Origin: Alphaproteobacteria bacterium
GTDB lineage: Bacteria; Pseudomonadota; Alphaproteobacteria; Rickettsiales; SXRF01
Length of the DNA stretch: 64,000 bases
Direction of reading: 5' to 3'
Assembly: GCA_025362975.1 (NCBI GenBank)
Contig: JANYES010000004.1
Coordinates: 78,390 to 142,389, forward strand
In this document: positions 28,123 to 37,591 of the stretch, one piece after another
Layout of the letters: every line of letters begins with the position of its first letter
Numbering within the stretch: position 1 is the stretch's first letter
The notes under the pieces: generated by a model
Seen by the model: the letters and a program-made list of their open reading frames with translations, nothing else
The model's database searches: none
What the model was told of the DNA's origin: nothing
Translations under genes and position numbers: made by a program

Positions 28123-28180
28123 AACGAAGTAAACTGCGTGGGCGCGCCCAGCCTTATTGGCTAAAACGAAGGAAACGAAA

Positions 28181-28216
28181 TGAAAAAAAAGAAAACCCCA
28201 CCAAATGGAAGGGTTT
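28181..28216 (-). terminator. Rho-independent terminator downstream of the 28327..29214 gene
   Basis: Minus strand reads AAACCC-N12-GGGTTT followed by TCTTTTTTTTCATTT. Confidence 0.5.
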
Positions 28217-28234
28217 CCTAAGAAAATAAAGAAC

Positions 28235-28325
28235 CGACATCTCCGCAAAGCGGGGACCCAATGCAAAGGCGCGTCTGCGCCGGTAAGAGCAACTATCGCC
28301 GTATACCCGCCTGCGCGGGTATGCC
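28235..28325. repeat. TIR-bounded palindromic element, copy 4 (internally shortened)
   Basis: ...CTCCGCAAAGCGGGGACCCAATGCAAAGGCGCGTCTGCGCCGG...GTATACCCGCCTGCGCGGGTATGCC. It lacks the CAGCTACGGATTGG segment and abuts the stop codon at 28327. Confidence 0.6.
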
Positions 28326-28326
28326 A

Positions 28327-29214
28327 CTACTCCCGTCGCGCCGCCAAAACCTGCTGCGCGCGCTCTTTCTGCTGTTCTACATACCTCAACGCAAACTCCG
28401 GATGCGAACTCATCGACACCACCTCACCCACCGGCACTGGCATCTCCACCGTCTGCGCAAAACTATCCAGCGTCACCACATTCCCCCCTTTACTCTTCGC
28501 CCCCAGCCCGCGCAAAACATCCTCAATCTTATCTTCCGCCACATACGCTACCGCCCCGCTGGACAGCGTATACATCATCGCCTTCCCCCCGGACACAACG
28601 CCCACATATTTCTCCCCGGACTCTTCCGCCGCCCGCGCCAGCGCGCCCTGCAACATCGCTATTTTATCTTTGGCCGCAAACCCCGGCAGCACTTTAAACT
28701 GCAATGTCACGCTAGGATACTCAACCGTATTCCTGCGTTCAAACGACACCACTACCCCCGCAAACGCCCCGCCCTTAAAGATCAAATCATCCTTAAAGGC
28801 TCCTTGCACGCGCGCCTGCGGCATCTCCAACGAATCCCCAAACATCTCGGGCCCGCGCTCTTTCGTTTCCCCCTTAATCTCATTCAGCACGCCCGCCACC
28901 TTATCCCCAAGCGCATACGGGTCCGCGTTATCATCCTTCAACGTATACACCAGCTGTTTACCCTCAGCGCCGATACGCAGCTTAGGATCCTCAGCCATCA
29001 TCGCCGCATCGCTCTTACTCAATTCAATTTGCAATTCCACAATTTTATTGCCCGCCTCAACCCCCGGCTTCATCGAAAAATCGATCTCCACGCGCGGATA
29101 ATCCCCAGTATAATTCCAACTCTGTTCTTCAAATCCGGGAATATACCCTGCCAACGCATCCACATTCACCACAACGCCCGCGTATTTACCGCTTTCAAAT
29201 TCCAGCTTAGCCAT
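28327..29214 (-). CDS. Hypothetical protein with internal two-fold repeat
   Basis: 295 aa, no signal peptide. GKYAGVVVNVD...YPRVEIDFSMKPGVEAGNKI is echoed by GGAFAGVVVSFERRNTVEYPSVTLQFKVLPGFAAKDKI. The plus-strand ORFs over this region are S/P/T-rich and look spurious. Confidence 0.6.
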   Translation of the reverse strand: MAKLEFESGKYAGVVVNVDALAGYIPGFEEQSWNYTGDYPRVEIDFSMKPGVEAGNKIVELQIELSKSDAAMMAEDPKLRIGAEGKQLVYTLKDDNADPYALGDKVAGVLNEIKGETKERGPEMFGDSLEMPQARVQGAFKDDLIFKGGAFAGVVVSFERRNTVEYPSVTLQFKVLPGFAAKDKIAMLQGALARAAEESGEKYVGVVSGGKAMMYTLSSGAVAYVAEDKIEDVLRGLGAKSKGGNVVTLDSFAQTVEMPVPVGEVVSMSSHPEFALRYVEQQKERAQQVLAARRE

Positions 29215-29375
29215 AATACCCTCCGCTAAATGTTATATCATACCAACCGATATTAGACTTTAAGGTATGATAACAGAGCCAAAAAATTAATCAACATTAA
29301 TCATTATCCGCCCAGAAGCGCGATAAAACCCATAATTTTCCGTAAATTACGCCCGCGAATCCGAGCTTTTCCAGC

Positions 29376-30044
29376 CTAAAATTCCGCCAGCAACTTCAGC
29401 AATTCGCTATGTTCATGCACATGCGCATGGAACGGCATCCCATGAAAATGCGTCGGCGTATACTCCTTATGCGCCTTTGCCTCCGGCCCATATAAAATCG
29501 CCGTGCACCCCGTGTTTTTCGCCACCTCTAAATCCACATTGCTATCGCCCACAAACCACACATACCCCGCCGGTTTGATATGACTCTGCTTAAATGCGAA
29601 ATGCACCGGCTCCGGGTGCGGCTTATCCTTCGCCGCATCATCCGACCCCACCGTCGTATCAAAAAAACCCGCCCACCCGATATGCTCAACTTCAATGCGC
29701 AAAGTAGGCCCTTTTTTATTACTCACCACCCCGCAAAACAGCCCCTTTTCCTTCACCGCCTGCAACACTTCCTTTGCGAGCGGCAACGGATGCAAATGCT
29801 GCAAATGAATGCTCCGGTAACTCTTCTGGTACACATCCCCCGCTTCTTCCCAACGCTCCCCAAACAACTCCGGAAACGCATCGCGCATCGACTTGCTCAC
29901 CTTCTCTTTCGTCTCCTCCAACGTCCAAGGCGTATGCCCCATATGCGTAAACGTCTTCACCATCGCCTGATGAATCACCGGCCACGTATCCACCAACGTA
30001 TTATCCCAATCAAACAAAATAGCTTTCGGCGCAGGCAACGGCAT
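29376..30044 (-). CDS. HAD-superfamily hydrolase (phosphoglycolate phosphatase-like)
   Basis: Motif I ILFDWDNTLVDT, motif II VVSNK and motif IV VGDSNVD. Confidence 0.8.
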   Translation of the reverse strand: MPLPAPKAILFDWDNTLVDTWPVIHQAMVKTFTHMGHTPWTLEETKEKVSKSMRDAFPELFGERWEEAGDVYQKSYRSIHLQHLHPLPLAKEVLQAVKEKGLFCGVVSNKKGPTLRIEVEHIGWAGFFDTTVGSDDAAKDKPHPEPVHFAFKQSHIKPAGYVWFVGDSNVDLEVAKNTGCTAILYGPEAKAHKEYTPTHFHGMPFHAHVHEHSELLKLLAEF

Positions 30045-30188
30045 AAAAAGTTCTCACTTATAATTATTTTGATTTAATATTATTTAGCACACACCCATCA
30101 ATAAGATAATTACCGCTCGTTGTATCTTCATCGGCATAAGCTGAAAAACTCAACATGGCAAAAAAAGTTATCAATGTGGCATGTGCCA

Positions 30189-31049
30189 TCATATCTTCTT
30201 CCCCGTAATCTTAAAAATATGATCCAGATACAACTGCGCCAGCTTGCGCGTCACCGGCCCCACCTTCCCATTACCGACCGGTTTCCCATTCACGCTCGTC
30301 ACCGGCAGTACATTAGCGCTTGTCGACGTCAAAAATGCCTCCGCCGCATTCTTCACATCGCTCATCGTAAAAGCCCGTTCCGCCACCGGAACGCCTGAAT
30401 TTTTCGCAAGCTCCAACACCACCTCACGCGTAATCCCGCCAAGGATAAACTCATTCGCCGGATGCGTAATCAACTGCCCCGCCTTGCTTACGATATAACT
30501 ATTCGAAGCCGACCCTTCGCTGATAATATCCCCATCCACCAGCCACGCCTCACGCGCGCCCGCCTCAATCGCCTTCTGCTTGGCCAGAATATTCGGCAAC
30601 AACGAAATCGATTTAATATCCCGCCGCCCCCAGCGAATATCCGCCTGCGTCACCACCGCCACACCATCCTTCACCTGCTTATCCGTCGGCAACTTCGCCC
30701 CGCAAACCGTCATTACCACCGCAGGCGACACCTTCTTCGGAAACCCATGATCGCGCTTCGCCACCCCGCGCGTAATCTGGATATAAAGCCCGCCATCGTC
30801 CTTGTTATTGCGCGAAATCAGCTCGCGAATCACCATCGCCATCGCCGCATGCGACATCGGCATCGCAATCTCCAGCTCGCGAAGCGACCGCTCCAGCCGC
30901 TTCAAATGCAACGCCCCATCCACCAGCGTCCGGTTATAAAACGCCACATATTCGTAAATCCCATCGGCAAACTGATACCCCCGGTCCTCAATATGCACCG
31001 CCGCCTCGTGATGCGGCAAATACCGCCCGTTCACATACGCCACCCGCAT
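30189..31049 (-). CDS. Class IV (D-amino acid / branched-chain) aminotransferase, D-alanine aminotransferase-like
   Basis: VNGRYLPHHEAAVHIEDRGYQFADGIYE... and the EGSASN motif are typical of fold-type IV PLP enzymes. Confidence 0.75.
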   Translation of the reverse strand: MRVAYVNGRYLPHHEAAVHIEDRGYQFADGIYEYVAFYNRTLVDGALHLKRLERSLRELEIAMPMSHAAMAMVIRELISRNNKDDGGLYIQITRGVAKRDHGFPKKVSPAVVMTVCGAKLPTDKQVKDGVAVVTQADIRWGRRDIKSISLLPNILAKQKAIEAGAREAWLVDGDIISEGSASNSYIVSKAGQLITHPANEFILGGITREVVLELAKNSGVPVAERAFTMSDVKNAAEAFLTSTSANVLPVTSVNGKPVGNGKVGPVTRKLAQLYLDHIFKITGKKI

Positions 31050-31604
31050 CTATTGCCACTCCGGCGCATTCGCGCAATAATCCGCCCACGAAGGCAGGTT
31101 TATATCCCGATCCGAAATCGTCGGGTTCGCAATCGGCCACTCAATCCCAAGCGCCGCGTCATCAAACTTAATCCCGCCCTCGCCCGCCTGATTATAGAGC
31201 CCCGTTACCTTATAAAGCATATCCGCCGGTTCATCGCCGAGCACACAAAACCCATGCGCAAACCCCGCCGGCAACCAAAACAGCACCCCGTTCTCACCCG
31301 TCAGCTCCACCCCGAAATACTGTCCAAACGTCTTAGAATCCCGACGAATATCCACAGCCACATCCCAAACCGCACCACGCGCCACACCCACGAGCTTGCC
31401 CTGCGGCGGCGTATGCTGGTAATGCAATCCCCGCAGAATCCCCGGCGCCGAGCGCGAATGATTATCCTGCGTAAAATCAGTAGGAAGCCCCGCCTCGGTA
31501 AACCGTCCGGCATGGAACCGCTCCATAAAAAACCCTCGCGCATCCCCATGAACGTTCAACCGGATTACTTTAAGTCCGGGTATCGGGCATTCTTCGATCT
31601 GCAT
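31050..31604 (-). CDS. rfbC: dTDP-4-dehydrorhamnose 3,5-epimerase
   Basis: 184 aa RmlC cupin (DARGFF.E, RGLHYQ, GKLV.V..G...DV.VD.R, FAHGF). No rmlABD alongside. Confidence 0.88.
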   Translation of the reverse strand: MQIEECPIPGLKVIRLNVHGDARGFFMERFHAGRFTEAGLPTDFTQDNHSRSAPGILRGLHYQHTPPQGKLVGVARGAVWDVAVDIRRDSKTFGQYFGVELTGENGVLFWLPAGFAHGFCVLGDEPADMLYKVTGLYNQAGEGGIKFDDAALGIEWPIANPTISDRDINLPSWADYCANAPEWQ

Positions 31605-31716
31605 AAAGGCTTATTTAATAAGGATATTTAAAAAGGCTGCAAACGAGCGTCGCATGTCAGGAAACTTACGGGGAAAGTGCATAGGCGGTCAAGCGTTTAG
31701 CAGTTAATAAATGTCG

Positions 31717-31745
31717 TTGACAACAATCCCCCAGCGCGGTAAACA
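31717..31745 (+). promoter_or_regulatory. Putative sigma70-type promoter for rpmJ
   Basis: TTGACA, a 17-nt spacer, then TAAACA, ending about 30 nt upstream of the rpmJ ATG. Confidence 0.3.
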
Positions 31746-31774
31746 GACACCTCATTTTTATTCAGGATAGTGTT

Positions 31775-31900
31775 ATGAAAGTTCTCAGCTCGTTGAAATC
31801 CGCAAAGAAACGCGACAAAGATTGCCGCGTCGTCCGCCGCAAAGGCCGCGTTTACGTGATCAACAAAAAGAACCCGCGCTACAAAGCGCGCCAGGGCTAA
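31775..31900 (+). CDS. rpmJ: 50S ribosomal protein L36 (not in supplied ORF track, 41 aa)
   Basis: Hand translation gives [41 protein letters not shown], the L36 signature of the non-zinc paralogue type. Confidence 0.85.
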   Translation: MKVLSSLKSAKKRDKDCRVVRRKGRVYVINKKNPRYKARQG

Positions 31901-32090
31901 TCACCCTTTTGCTGCAATCCTTAAGCCGGAACTCGATAGCCGCTTATGGTAATATGCCGCAGCCCCGATCTGGGCGTGCTGCTGTATGTGCTACTTAATT
32001 TTCGTCAGCGCGACGCGCGCATTACCCGACTTTTCCAAAACAGCCAACCAATACTCTGGTGCACGGTTCAGCATTATACCAAGGCTGTCC

Positions 32091-34298
32091 CTAAGCCAGC
32101 TCCACATAATCGGCCAGCACTTTCTTGTGCCCGGCCTTCTCAAAGTCGATCTCAAGGTTCTTACCCTGCACCGCCGCCACGCGCCCATAGCCAAATTTCT
32201 GGTGGAAAATCCGCGAGCCCTTGCTGAATTTCGACTCGTCTTTCGCCGCCGTCCCGGTTTGCTTCCCGCCCACGACACTACCCAGAATCGAAGCCACCTC
32301 CGCCCGCCAATCACGCTGCTCCACCTTAGGCGCGCCATACATGCCGCCGCCGAGCTTGTCCACATGCTCAGCCGGAATCTCACCGATAAAACGCGACGGA
32401 ATGCTGCTCTGCCATTGATTATAAATCCGACGATTCGCCGCGTGTGAAATAAACAGCTTCTCCCGCGCCCGCGTAATCCCAACATAAGCCAGCCGCCGTT
32501 CTTCTTCCAGCCCCTTCATCCCAGTCTCGTCCATCGCGCGCTGATGCGGGAACACGCCCTCTTCCCAGCCCGGCAGGAACACCACCTTAAACTCCAGCCC
32601 CTTCGCCGCATGCAGCGTCATCATGCTGATCATGTCCGCGTTCTTATCCGCGTTGGTCGCTTCCGTAACCAAGCTCACATGCTCTAGAAATGCCGCTAGG
32701 CTTTCAAAATCGCCCATCGCGCGCACTAATTCTTTCAAGTTCTCCAGCCGCCCCGCCGCTTCCGGCGATTTTTCCGCCGTCCACATCGCGCGATACCCGC
32801 TTTCTTCCAGCACCAGCTCCACCACCTCCGCCAGCGGCAATTGCTCGATCTGCCCGCGCCAGCGTTCGCAATCCTTCACGAATTTATCCAGCGAAGCGAC
32901 CAGCTTGCCTTTAAGCTCGCCCACCGCCAGCATATGCACCACCGCATGATACATCGAAATATTCAAATTCCGCGCCGTAGTGTGAATTCCCTGCATCGTC
33001 GCCTGCCCAATCCCGCGCTTCGGCAAATTGATGATGCGCTCCAGCGCCAGATCGTCCTGCGGCGTGGCAATCACGCGCAGATATGCAATCGTATCCCGGA
33101 TTTCCGCCCGTTCATAAAACCGCAAACCGCCAATCACGCGATACGGAATCCCGAGCGTCAAAAACCGTTCCTCAAACGAACGCGTCTGGAACCCCGCCCG
33201 CACCAGAATCGCCATATCTTTCAGCGAAACGCTATTATGCTGCATCGCCTCCACTTCCTCCCCGATAAACCGCGATTCCTCACCCTCGTCCCACAGCGAT
33301 TTCAGCCGGATTTTCTCGCCCTCTTTAATCGGTGTCCACAGCGTCTTGCCCAACCGCCCTTTATTATTAGCGATCACCGCGCTGGCCGCCGCCAGAATAT
33401 GCGGCGTCGAACGATAGTTGCACTCAAGCCGCACCGTCTTCGCATTCGGATAATCCCGCTCAAAGCGCAGGATATTTCCCACTTCCGCGCCACGCCAGCT
33501 ATAAATAGACTGGTCATCGTCACCCACGCAGCAGATGTTCTTATGGAAACTCGCCAGCAACCTCAGCCACAGATACTGCGACACGTTGGTATCTTGATAT
33601 TCATCGACCAGAATGTATTTAAACCGTTTCACATATTCCTGCAAAATATCCTGAAACTGTGTAAACAACGTCAGCATATGCAAAATTAAATCGCCGAAAT
33701 CCGTCGCGTTCAACTGCCGCAGCCGGTCTTGATAAATCTTGTACACCTTCACCGCGTTGCCGCCCCCCGCGCCCAGATCATGCGCGCTCGTCACCTGATC
33801 GGGGCGCAGCCCTTGATCTTTCCAGCTCTGGATAATCCCCGAAAACAGCTTCGCCGGCGTCGATTTATCGTCGATGCTCAACTCGTTCAAAATCTGTTTC
33901 AGCAACCGGATCTGGTCGTCCATGTCTAAAATCGTGAAGCTCGATGTCAGGCCTAGCTTCTCCGCGTGCCTGCGAATAATTCGCGCCCCGATAGAATGGA
34001 ACGTCCCCATCCACAAAGCCTGCGATGCGCCCGTCAGATGCGTCACCCGCTCCTGCATTTCCCGCGCCGCCTTGTTCGTAAATGTCACGGCCAGAATCTC
34101 CCCCGGCCACGCCTTCTTCTCCAGCAGAATATGCGCAATCCGCGTCGTCAGCACGCGCGTTTTGCCCGTGCCCGCCCCCGCAAGCACCAGCAGCGGTCCA
34201 TCGGTGGTTTCCACCGCAAGGCGCTGTTCTTCATTCAGTTTGGCAAGTAATTCAGAATCGGTCTGGGCAATCGATTCCGTCACGGCAGCATCAACCAT
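32091..34298 (-). CDS. uvrD: ATP-dependent DNA helicase (UvrD/PcrA/Rep family)
   Basis: SF1 motifs AGAGTGKT, VDEYQDTN, LECNYRS, VGITRA and others. 735 aa. Confidence 0.9.
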   Translation of the reverse strand: MVDAAVTESIAQTDSELLAKLNEEQRLAVETTDGPLLVLAGAGTGKTRVLTTRIAHILLEKKAWPGEILAVTFTNKAAREMQERVTHLTGASQALWMGTFHSIGARIIRRHAEKLGLTSSFTILDMDDQIRLLKQILNELSIDDKSTPAKLFSGIIQSWKDQGLRPDQVTSAHDLGAGGGNAVKVYKIYQDRLRQLNATDFGDLILHMLTLFTQFQDILQEYVKRFKYILVDEYQDTNVSQYLWLRLLASFHKNICCVGDDDQSIYSWRGAEVGNILRFERDYPNAKTVRLECNYRSTPHILAAASAVIANNKGRLGKTLWTPIKEGEKIRLKSLWDEGEESRFIGEEVEAMQHNSVSLKDMAILVRAGFQTRSFEERFLTLGIPYRVIGGLRFYERAEIRDTIAYLRVIATPQDDLALERIINLPKRGIGQATMQGIHTTARNLNISMYHAVVHMLAVGELKGKLVASLDKFVKDCERWRGQIEQLPLAEVVELVLEESGYRAMWTAEKSPEAAGRLENLKELVRAMGDFESLAAFLEHVSLVTEATNADKNADMISMMTLHAAKGLEFKVVFLPGWEEGVFPHQRAMDETGMKGLEEERRLAYVGITRAREKLFISHAANRRIYNQWQSSIPSRFIGEIPAEHVDKLGGGMYGAPKVEQRDWRAEVASILGSVVGGKQTGTAAKDESKFSKGSRIFHQKFGYGRVAAVQGKNLEIDFEKAGHKKVLADYVELA

Positions 34299-34891
34299 AC
34301 CGGCAGCCAGTTAATGCGTTGCAGGATCGTGATGAGAATCAGGCAAGGGAACGGCACGAAGAAAATTGCCGCGTCCATCGCCGTTTTGCGAATAAAACGC
34401 GGCCGCGCCGTCAGCTCTTCCGACTCCCTGAACAACTTGAAATCCGGCAGCCACCGTGGCACTTCGCGCATGTAAGCTTCATACGGCTCACCGAATTTAT
34501 GGCGCAAAAACGCCTCTTCCTTCTTCACCACGAATGGGTAATACACCATATAAACAATGGCTAAAAATAGCGCCACCGTATAACTGCGAAACTCAAGCCC
34601 CACACCCACCGTCGCCAAAAACGAAAACACATAGAGCGGGTTACGCACCACCGAAAACGGCCCGTCGCGCACCACCTCGTCGTTTTTCCTGCCCCCGATG
34701 AACGCCGAGCAATACACCCGCCCGAAGGCGCCTGCGATCACCAGCGAATACCCCAGCCACATCAGGAACTGTAAGTGAAATTCGCTCCAGCGCTTCGACG
34801 GATGGATGACAAGCGCTGCAAGCACCGCCAGTACAGCGAAAATACGGCTGTGGAACTGTCTGGATTTCAATAATTTCGGGCGATCGGACAT
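34280..34891 (-). CDS. Isoprenylcysteine carboxyl / phospholipid methyltransferase-family membrane protein
   Basis: VVRDGPFSVVRNPLYVFSFL motif. Start chosen at MSDRPK with AGGAG upstream. Confidence 0.7.
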   Translation of the reverse strand: MSDRPKLLKSRQFHSRIFAVLAVLAALVIHPSKRWSEFHLQFLMWLGYSLVIAGAFGRVYCSAFIGGRKNDEVVRDGPFSVVRNPLYVFSFLATVGVGLEFRSYTVALFLAIVYMVYYPFVVKKEEAFLRHKFGEPYEAYMREVPRWLPDFKLFRESEELTARPRFIRKTAMDAAIFFVPFPCLILITILQRINWLPVWLMLP

Positions 34892-35205
34892 ATTTTCTCC
34901 TTTAATGGATATAGTACCGTTATAACCGGATTGAAAGATTGGTAAAGCACCGTTTTTGTTTTGCAATTACTAAGGCAATCCCGATATAAACAGGGCAGTC
35001 CACCATAAACCAAAGGTTTTTTTCGCCAATGAAAGGCATTCTACCGGCGAAGAAATCGAACGCTGCAACAGTGTTCTCAAAAGCGGCCAGCTTGAAGCTT
35101 TCATCCTTGCGCGCATCGCCGCGCTCGGCATCACCGATCGCTAAAACTTTGGAATTATTCGACCCCGAGCCGCTCTACCTCACCTACTCATAACTGGAAT
35201 TTTAA

Positions 35206-36564
35206 ATGACCGTCGTTACCCGCTTCGCTCCCTCCCCCACCGGTTTCCTCCACATCGGCGGCGCCCGCACCGCGCTTTTCAACTGGCTCTACGCCAAGCA
35301 CCATAATGGCACGTTCCTGCTTCGCATCGAAGACACCGACCGCACGCGCAGCACCCAAGCCGCCATCGACGCCATCCTCGACGGCATGAAATGGCTCGGC
35401 TTAGACTGCGACGGCGAACCCTTCATGCAGTTCGTCCGCGCCACGCGCCACGCCGAAGTCGCCCACGAAATGGTCAAGCTCGGCAAAGCCTTCCCGTGCT
35501 ATACCACCCAAGCCGAACTTGAAGAATTCCGCACCAAAAACCCCAACGCCAAATTCCGCTCCCCCTGGCACGATGGCGGAACGCCTCCCGAAAACACGCC
35601 CTTCGTCATCCGCATCAAATCCCCGCTGGACGGCGAAACCACCGTCAACGACAAGGTGCAAGGCACCGTCACCGTCAAAAACTCCGAACTAGACGACATG
35701 ATCCTCCTTCGCTCCGACGGCACCCCCACCTACATGCTAGCCGTCGTCGTCGACGACCACGACATGGGCGTCACGCAAATCATCCGCGGTGACGATCACC
35801 TCACCAACACCTTCCGCCAGCTCATGATCTACGACGCGATGGGCTGGACCGCGCCTTCCTTCGCCCACATCCCCTTAATCCACGGCGCTGACGGGGCTAA
35901 ACTCTCCAAACGCCACGGCGCCCTCGGTGTCGACGCCTACCGCGACATGGGCTACCTCCCCGAAGCCGTCCGCAACTACCTGCTGCGCCTCGGCTGGTCC
36001 CACGGCGACGAGGAAATCATTCCCGCCGACAAAGCCATCGAATGGTTCGACCTTGACACCGTCGGCAAATCCCCCTCGCGTTTCGACTTCGCCAAGCTCG
36101 AAAACTTAAACGGCCACTACATCCGCGAAGCCGACAACGCCCGCCTTATCGGCCTGATCTATCCCGGTATCGACAAGGCCAGCCTCAGCTATTCCCGCCT
36201 GCTTTCCGGCATGAACGGCCTGAAACAACGCGCCAAAACCCTGATAGAGCTGAAAGAAGCCGCCTCGATCTACGTCATTGCCCGCCCGCTCGCCTTCGAG
36301 CCCAAAGCCACCGAAATCCTCGACAAAGGCAAGGACATCCTCAAAGCCGTCCTGCCGCTCGTCGAAGCCATATCCAATTGGAATCACACCGAAATCGAGC
36401 AAACCTGCCGCACCCATGCTGAAACCACGGGCCAGAAGCTAGGCGCCATCGCCCAGCCGCTTCGCGCTGCCGTTACGGGCAAATCCGTCTCCCCAGGCGT
36501 GTTCGAAGTCATGGAAATTCTTGGTAAAGAAGAAACACTTGGCCGCCTTCGTGACGTATGTTAA
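35206..36564 (+). CDS. gltX: Glutamate--tRNA ligase
   Basis: The HIGH region appears as [12 protein letters not shown], with KLSKRHG (KMSKS-type) also present. Confidence 0.93.
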   Translation: MTVVTRFAPSPTGFLHIGGARTALFNWLYAKHHNGTFLLRIEDTDRTRSTQAAIDAILDGMKWLGLDCDGEPFMQFVRATRHAEVAHEMVKLGKAFPCYTTQAELEEFRTKNPNAKFRSPWHDGGTPPENTPFVIRIKSPLDGETTVNDKVQGTVTVKNSELDDMILLRSDGTPTYMLAVVVDDHDMGVTQIIRGDDHLTNTFRQLMIYDAMGWTAPSFAHIPLIHGADGAKLSKRHGALGVDAYRDMGYLPEAVRNYLLRLGWSHGDEEIIPADKAIEWFDLDTVGKSPSRFDFAKLENLNGHYIREADNARLIGLIYPGIDKASLSYSRLLSGMNGLKQRAKTLIELKEAASIYVIARPLAFEPKATEILDKGKDILKAVLPLVEAISNWNHTEIEQTCRTHAETTGQKLGAIAQPLRAAVTGKSVSPGVFEVMEILGKEETLGRLRDVC

Positions 36565-36576
36565 GCTGTTCCTCCT

Positions 36577-36960
36577 ATGCTGAAAAAACACACTCCGCTC
36601 GATCAGTTTAAAGAGTTTCATTCGCAGCTTGCGCAAACCTTAAACGAAAACTATTTTGAGCGCGATTTCCGCGAGGAAACCGAAGAAATCTGCCAGCGCG
36701 TGCGCATGACCATCCGCGATATGGTGGAACATATCCCGCAAAGCGAGAACGATGTGGTCATCGGCGCGGCAAATATGTGGCTGGACGTGAGAGACGATAT
36801 TGCATTGTTGAAAGACAGGCTTATTTATATAGAAGAGAGTCTGGCCGCGCGTGACAGCGTCGCCAACACTCACCGGATGACCCTGCTGCTGGAACGCGTT
36901 GAGCGCTCCACCGGCAATTTTATAGATACAACCAAAATTGAACCTCTGATCGGTAATTAA
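36577..36960 (+). CDS. Hypothetical protein
   Basis: 127-aa helical-looking acidic protein between gltX and def. No family recognised. Confidence 0.5.
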   Translation: MLKKHTPLDQFKEFHSQLAQTLNENYFERDFREETEEICQRVRMTIRDMVEHIPQSENDVVIGAANMWLDVRDDIALLKDRLIYIEESLAARDSVANTHRMTLLLERVERSTGNFIDTTKIEPLIGN

Positions 36961-36964
36961 GAAC

Positions 36965-37585
36965 ATGGCAATCCTTCCCCTCATAATCGCACCCGATGTA
37001 CGCCTCAAAACAAAATCCGAACCCGTCGCGGTGATCGACGACTCCATCCGCGCACTCGCGCTCGACCTGTTCGACACCATGTACCACGAGCGCGGCATCG
37101 GCCTCGCCGCTGTGCAGGTGGGCGAGCTCAAACGCGTCCTCGTAGCCGACGTCAACTGGCGTGACGATGACGACACGCCCGGCAAGCAATACATTCTCAT
37201 CAACCCGGAAATACTCGAAGATTCCGGCGACGACCATGTCTACAAAGAAGGCTGCCTGTCCTTCCCCGACCAGTTCGCCGATGTCGTGCGCCCCAGCACC
37301 GTGCGCGTGAAATACCTCAACATCAAAGGTGAATCGATTGAAGAAACCTTCGAAGGCATCCTCGCGACCTGCATCCAGCACGAGATCGACCATTTGAACG
37401 GCATCGTCTTCGTCGACCATATTTCCTCCGTCAAACGCGACATGATCACCCGCAAACTGATCAAAATGAAAAAAGCAGGCATGTTCGAACCCCACGTCCA
37501 CGGCCCCAACTGCAGCCACGATCACGATCACGGCCATGACGATCATGACCACGAGCACGTGCATGGCGAGAACTGCAATCACTAG
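36965..37585 (+). CDS. def: Peptide deformylase with His/Asp-rich C-terminal extension
   Basis: Three PDF motifs (GIGLAAVQVG, EGCLSFP, QHEIDHLNG) plus a roughly 32-aa tail EPHVHGPNCSHDHDHGHDDHDHEHVHGENCNH. Confidence 0.9.
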   Translation: MAILPLIIAPDVRLKTKSEPVAVIDDSIRALALDLFDTMYHERGIGLAAVQVGELKRVLVADVNWRDDDDTPGKQYILINPEILEDSGDDHVYKEGCLSFPDQFADVVRPSTVRVKYLNIKGESIEETFEGILATCIQHEIDHLNGIVFVDHISSVKRDMITRKLIKMKKAGMFEPHVHGPNCSHDHDHGHDDHDHEHVHGENCNH

Positions 37586-37591
37586 CCCTTC

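Noticed and set aside
27935-28180. Identification of the structured spacer as tmRNA, RNase P RNA, SRP RNA, 6S RNA, or a TPP, ZTP or cobalamin riboswitch.
   Set aside because: I could not find the diagnostic strings: T-loop GGTTCGAnTCC plus CCA and a tag ORF ending AA-stop, GAAAGTCCGG, GTCCGGAAGGAAGCAGC, CTGAGA, or a B12 box. It is left as unknown rather than named.
28205-29229. Two long plus-strand ORFs (298 and 322 aa) over 28.2-29.2 kb.
   Set aside because: S/P/T- or R/H-rich low-complexity translations that run through the repeat element. The minus-strand ORF is protein-like.
30084-30092. CIRCE-like half-site TTAGCACAC.
   Set aside because: There is no matching inverted half 9 nt away and it is not upstream of a chaperone gene.
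30462-31631. 389-aa plus-strand ORF spanning the aminotransferase and rfbC genes.
   Set aside because: R/H/P-rich nonsense composition that crosses two clearly recognisable minus-strand genes. Antisense artefact.
34974-35193. Open frames upstream of gltX: a start-less frame ending ...EEIERCNSVLKSGQLEAFILARIAALGITDR* and a 54-codon ATG ORF.
   Set aside because: The protein-like frame has no start codon and the ATG ORF is S/A/L-rich. It may be a decayed gene remnant, but I cannot support a feature call without a translated search.
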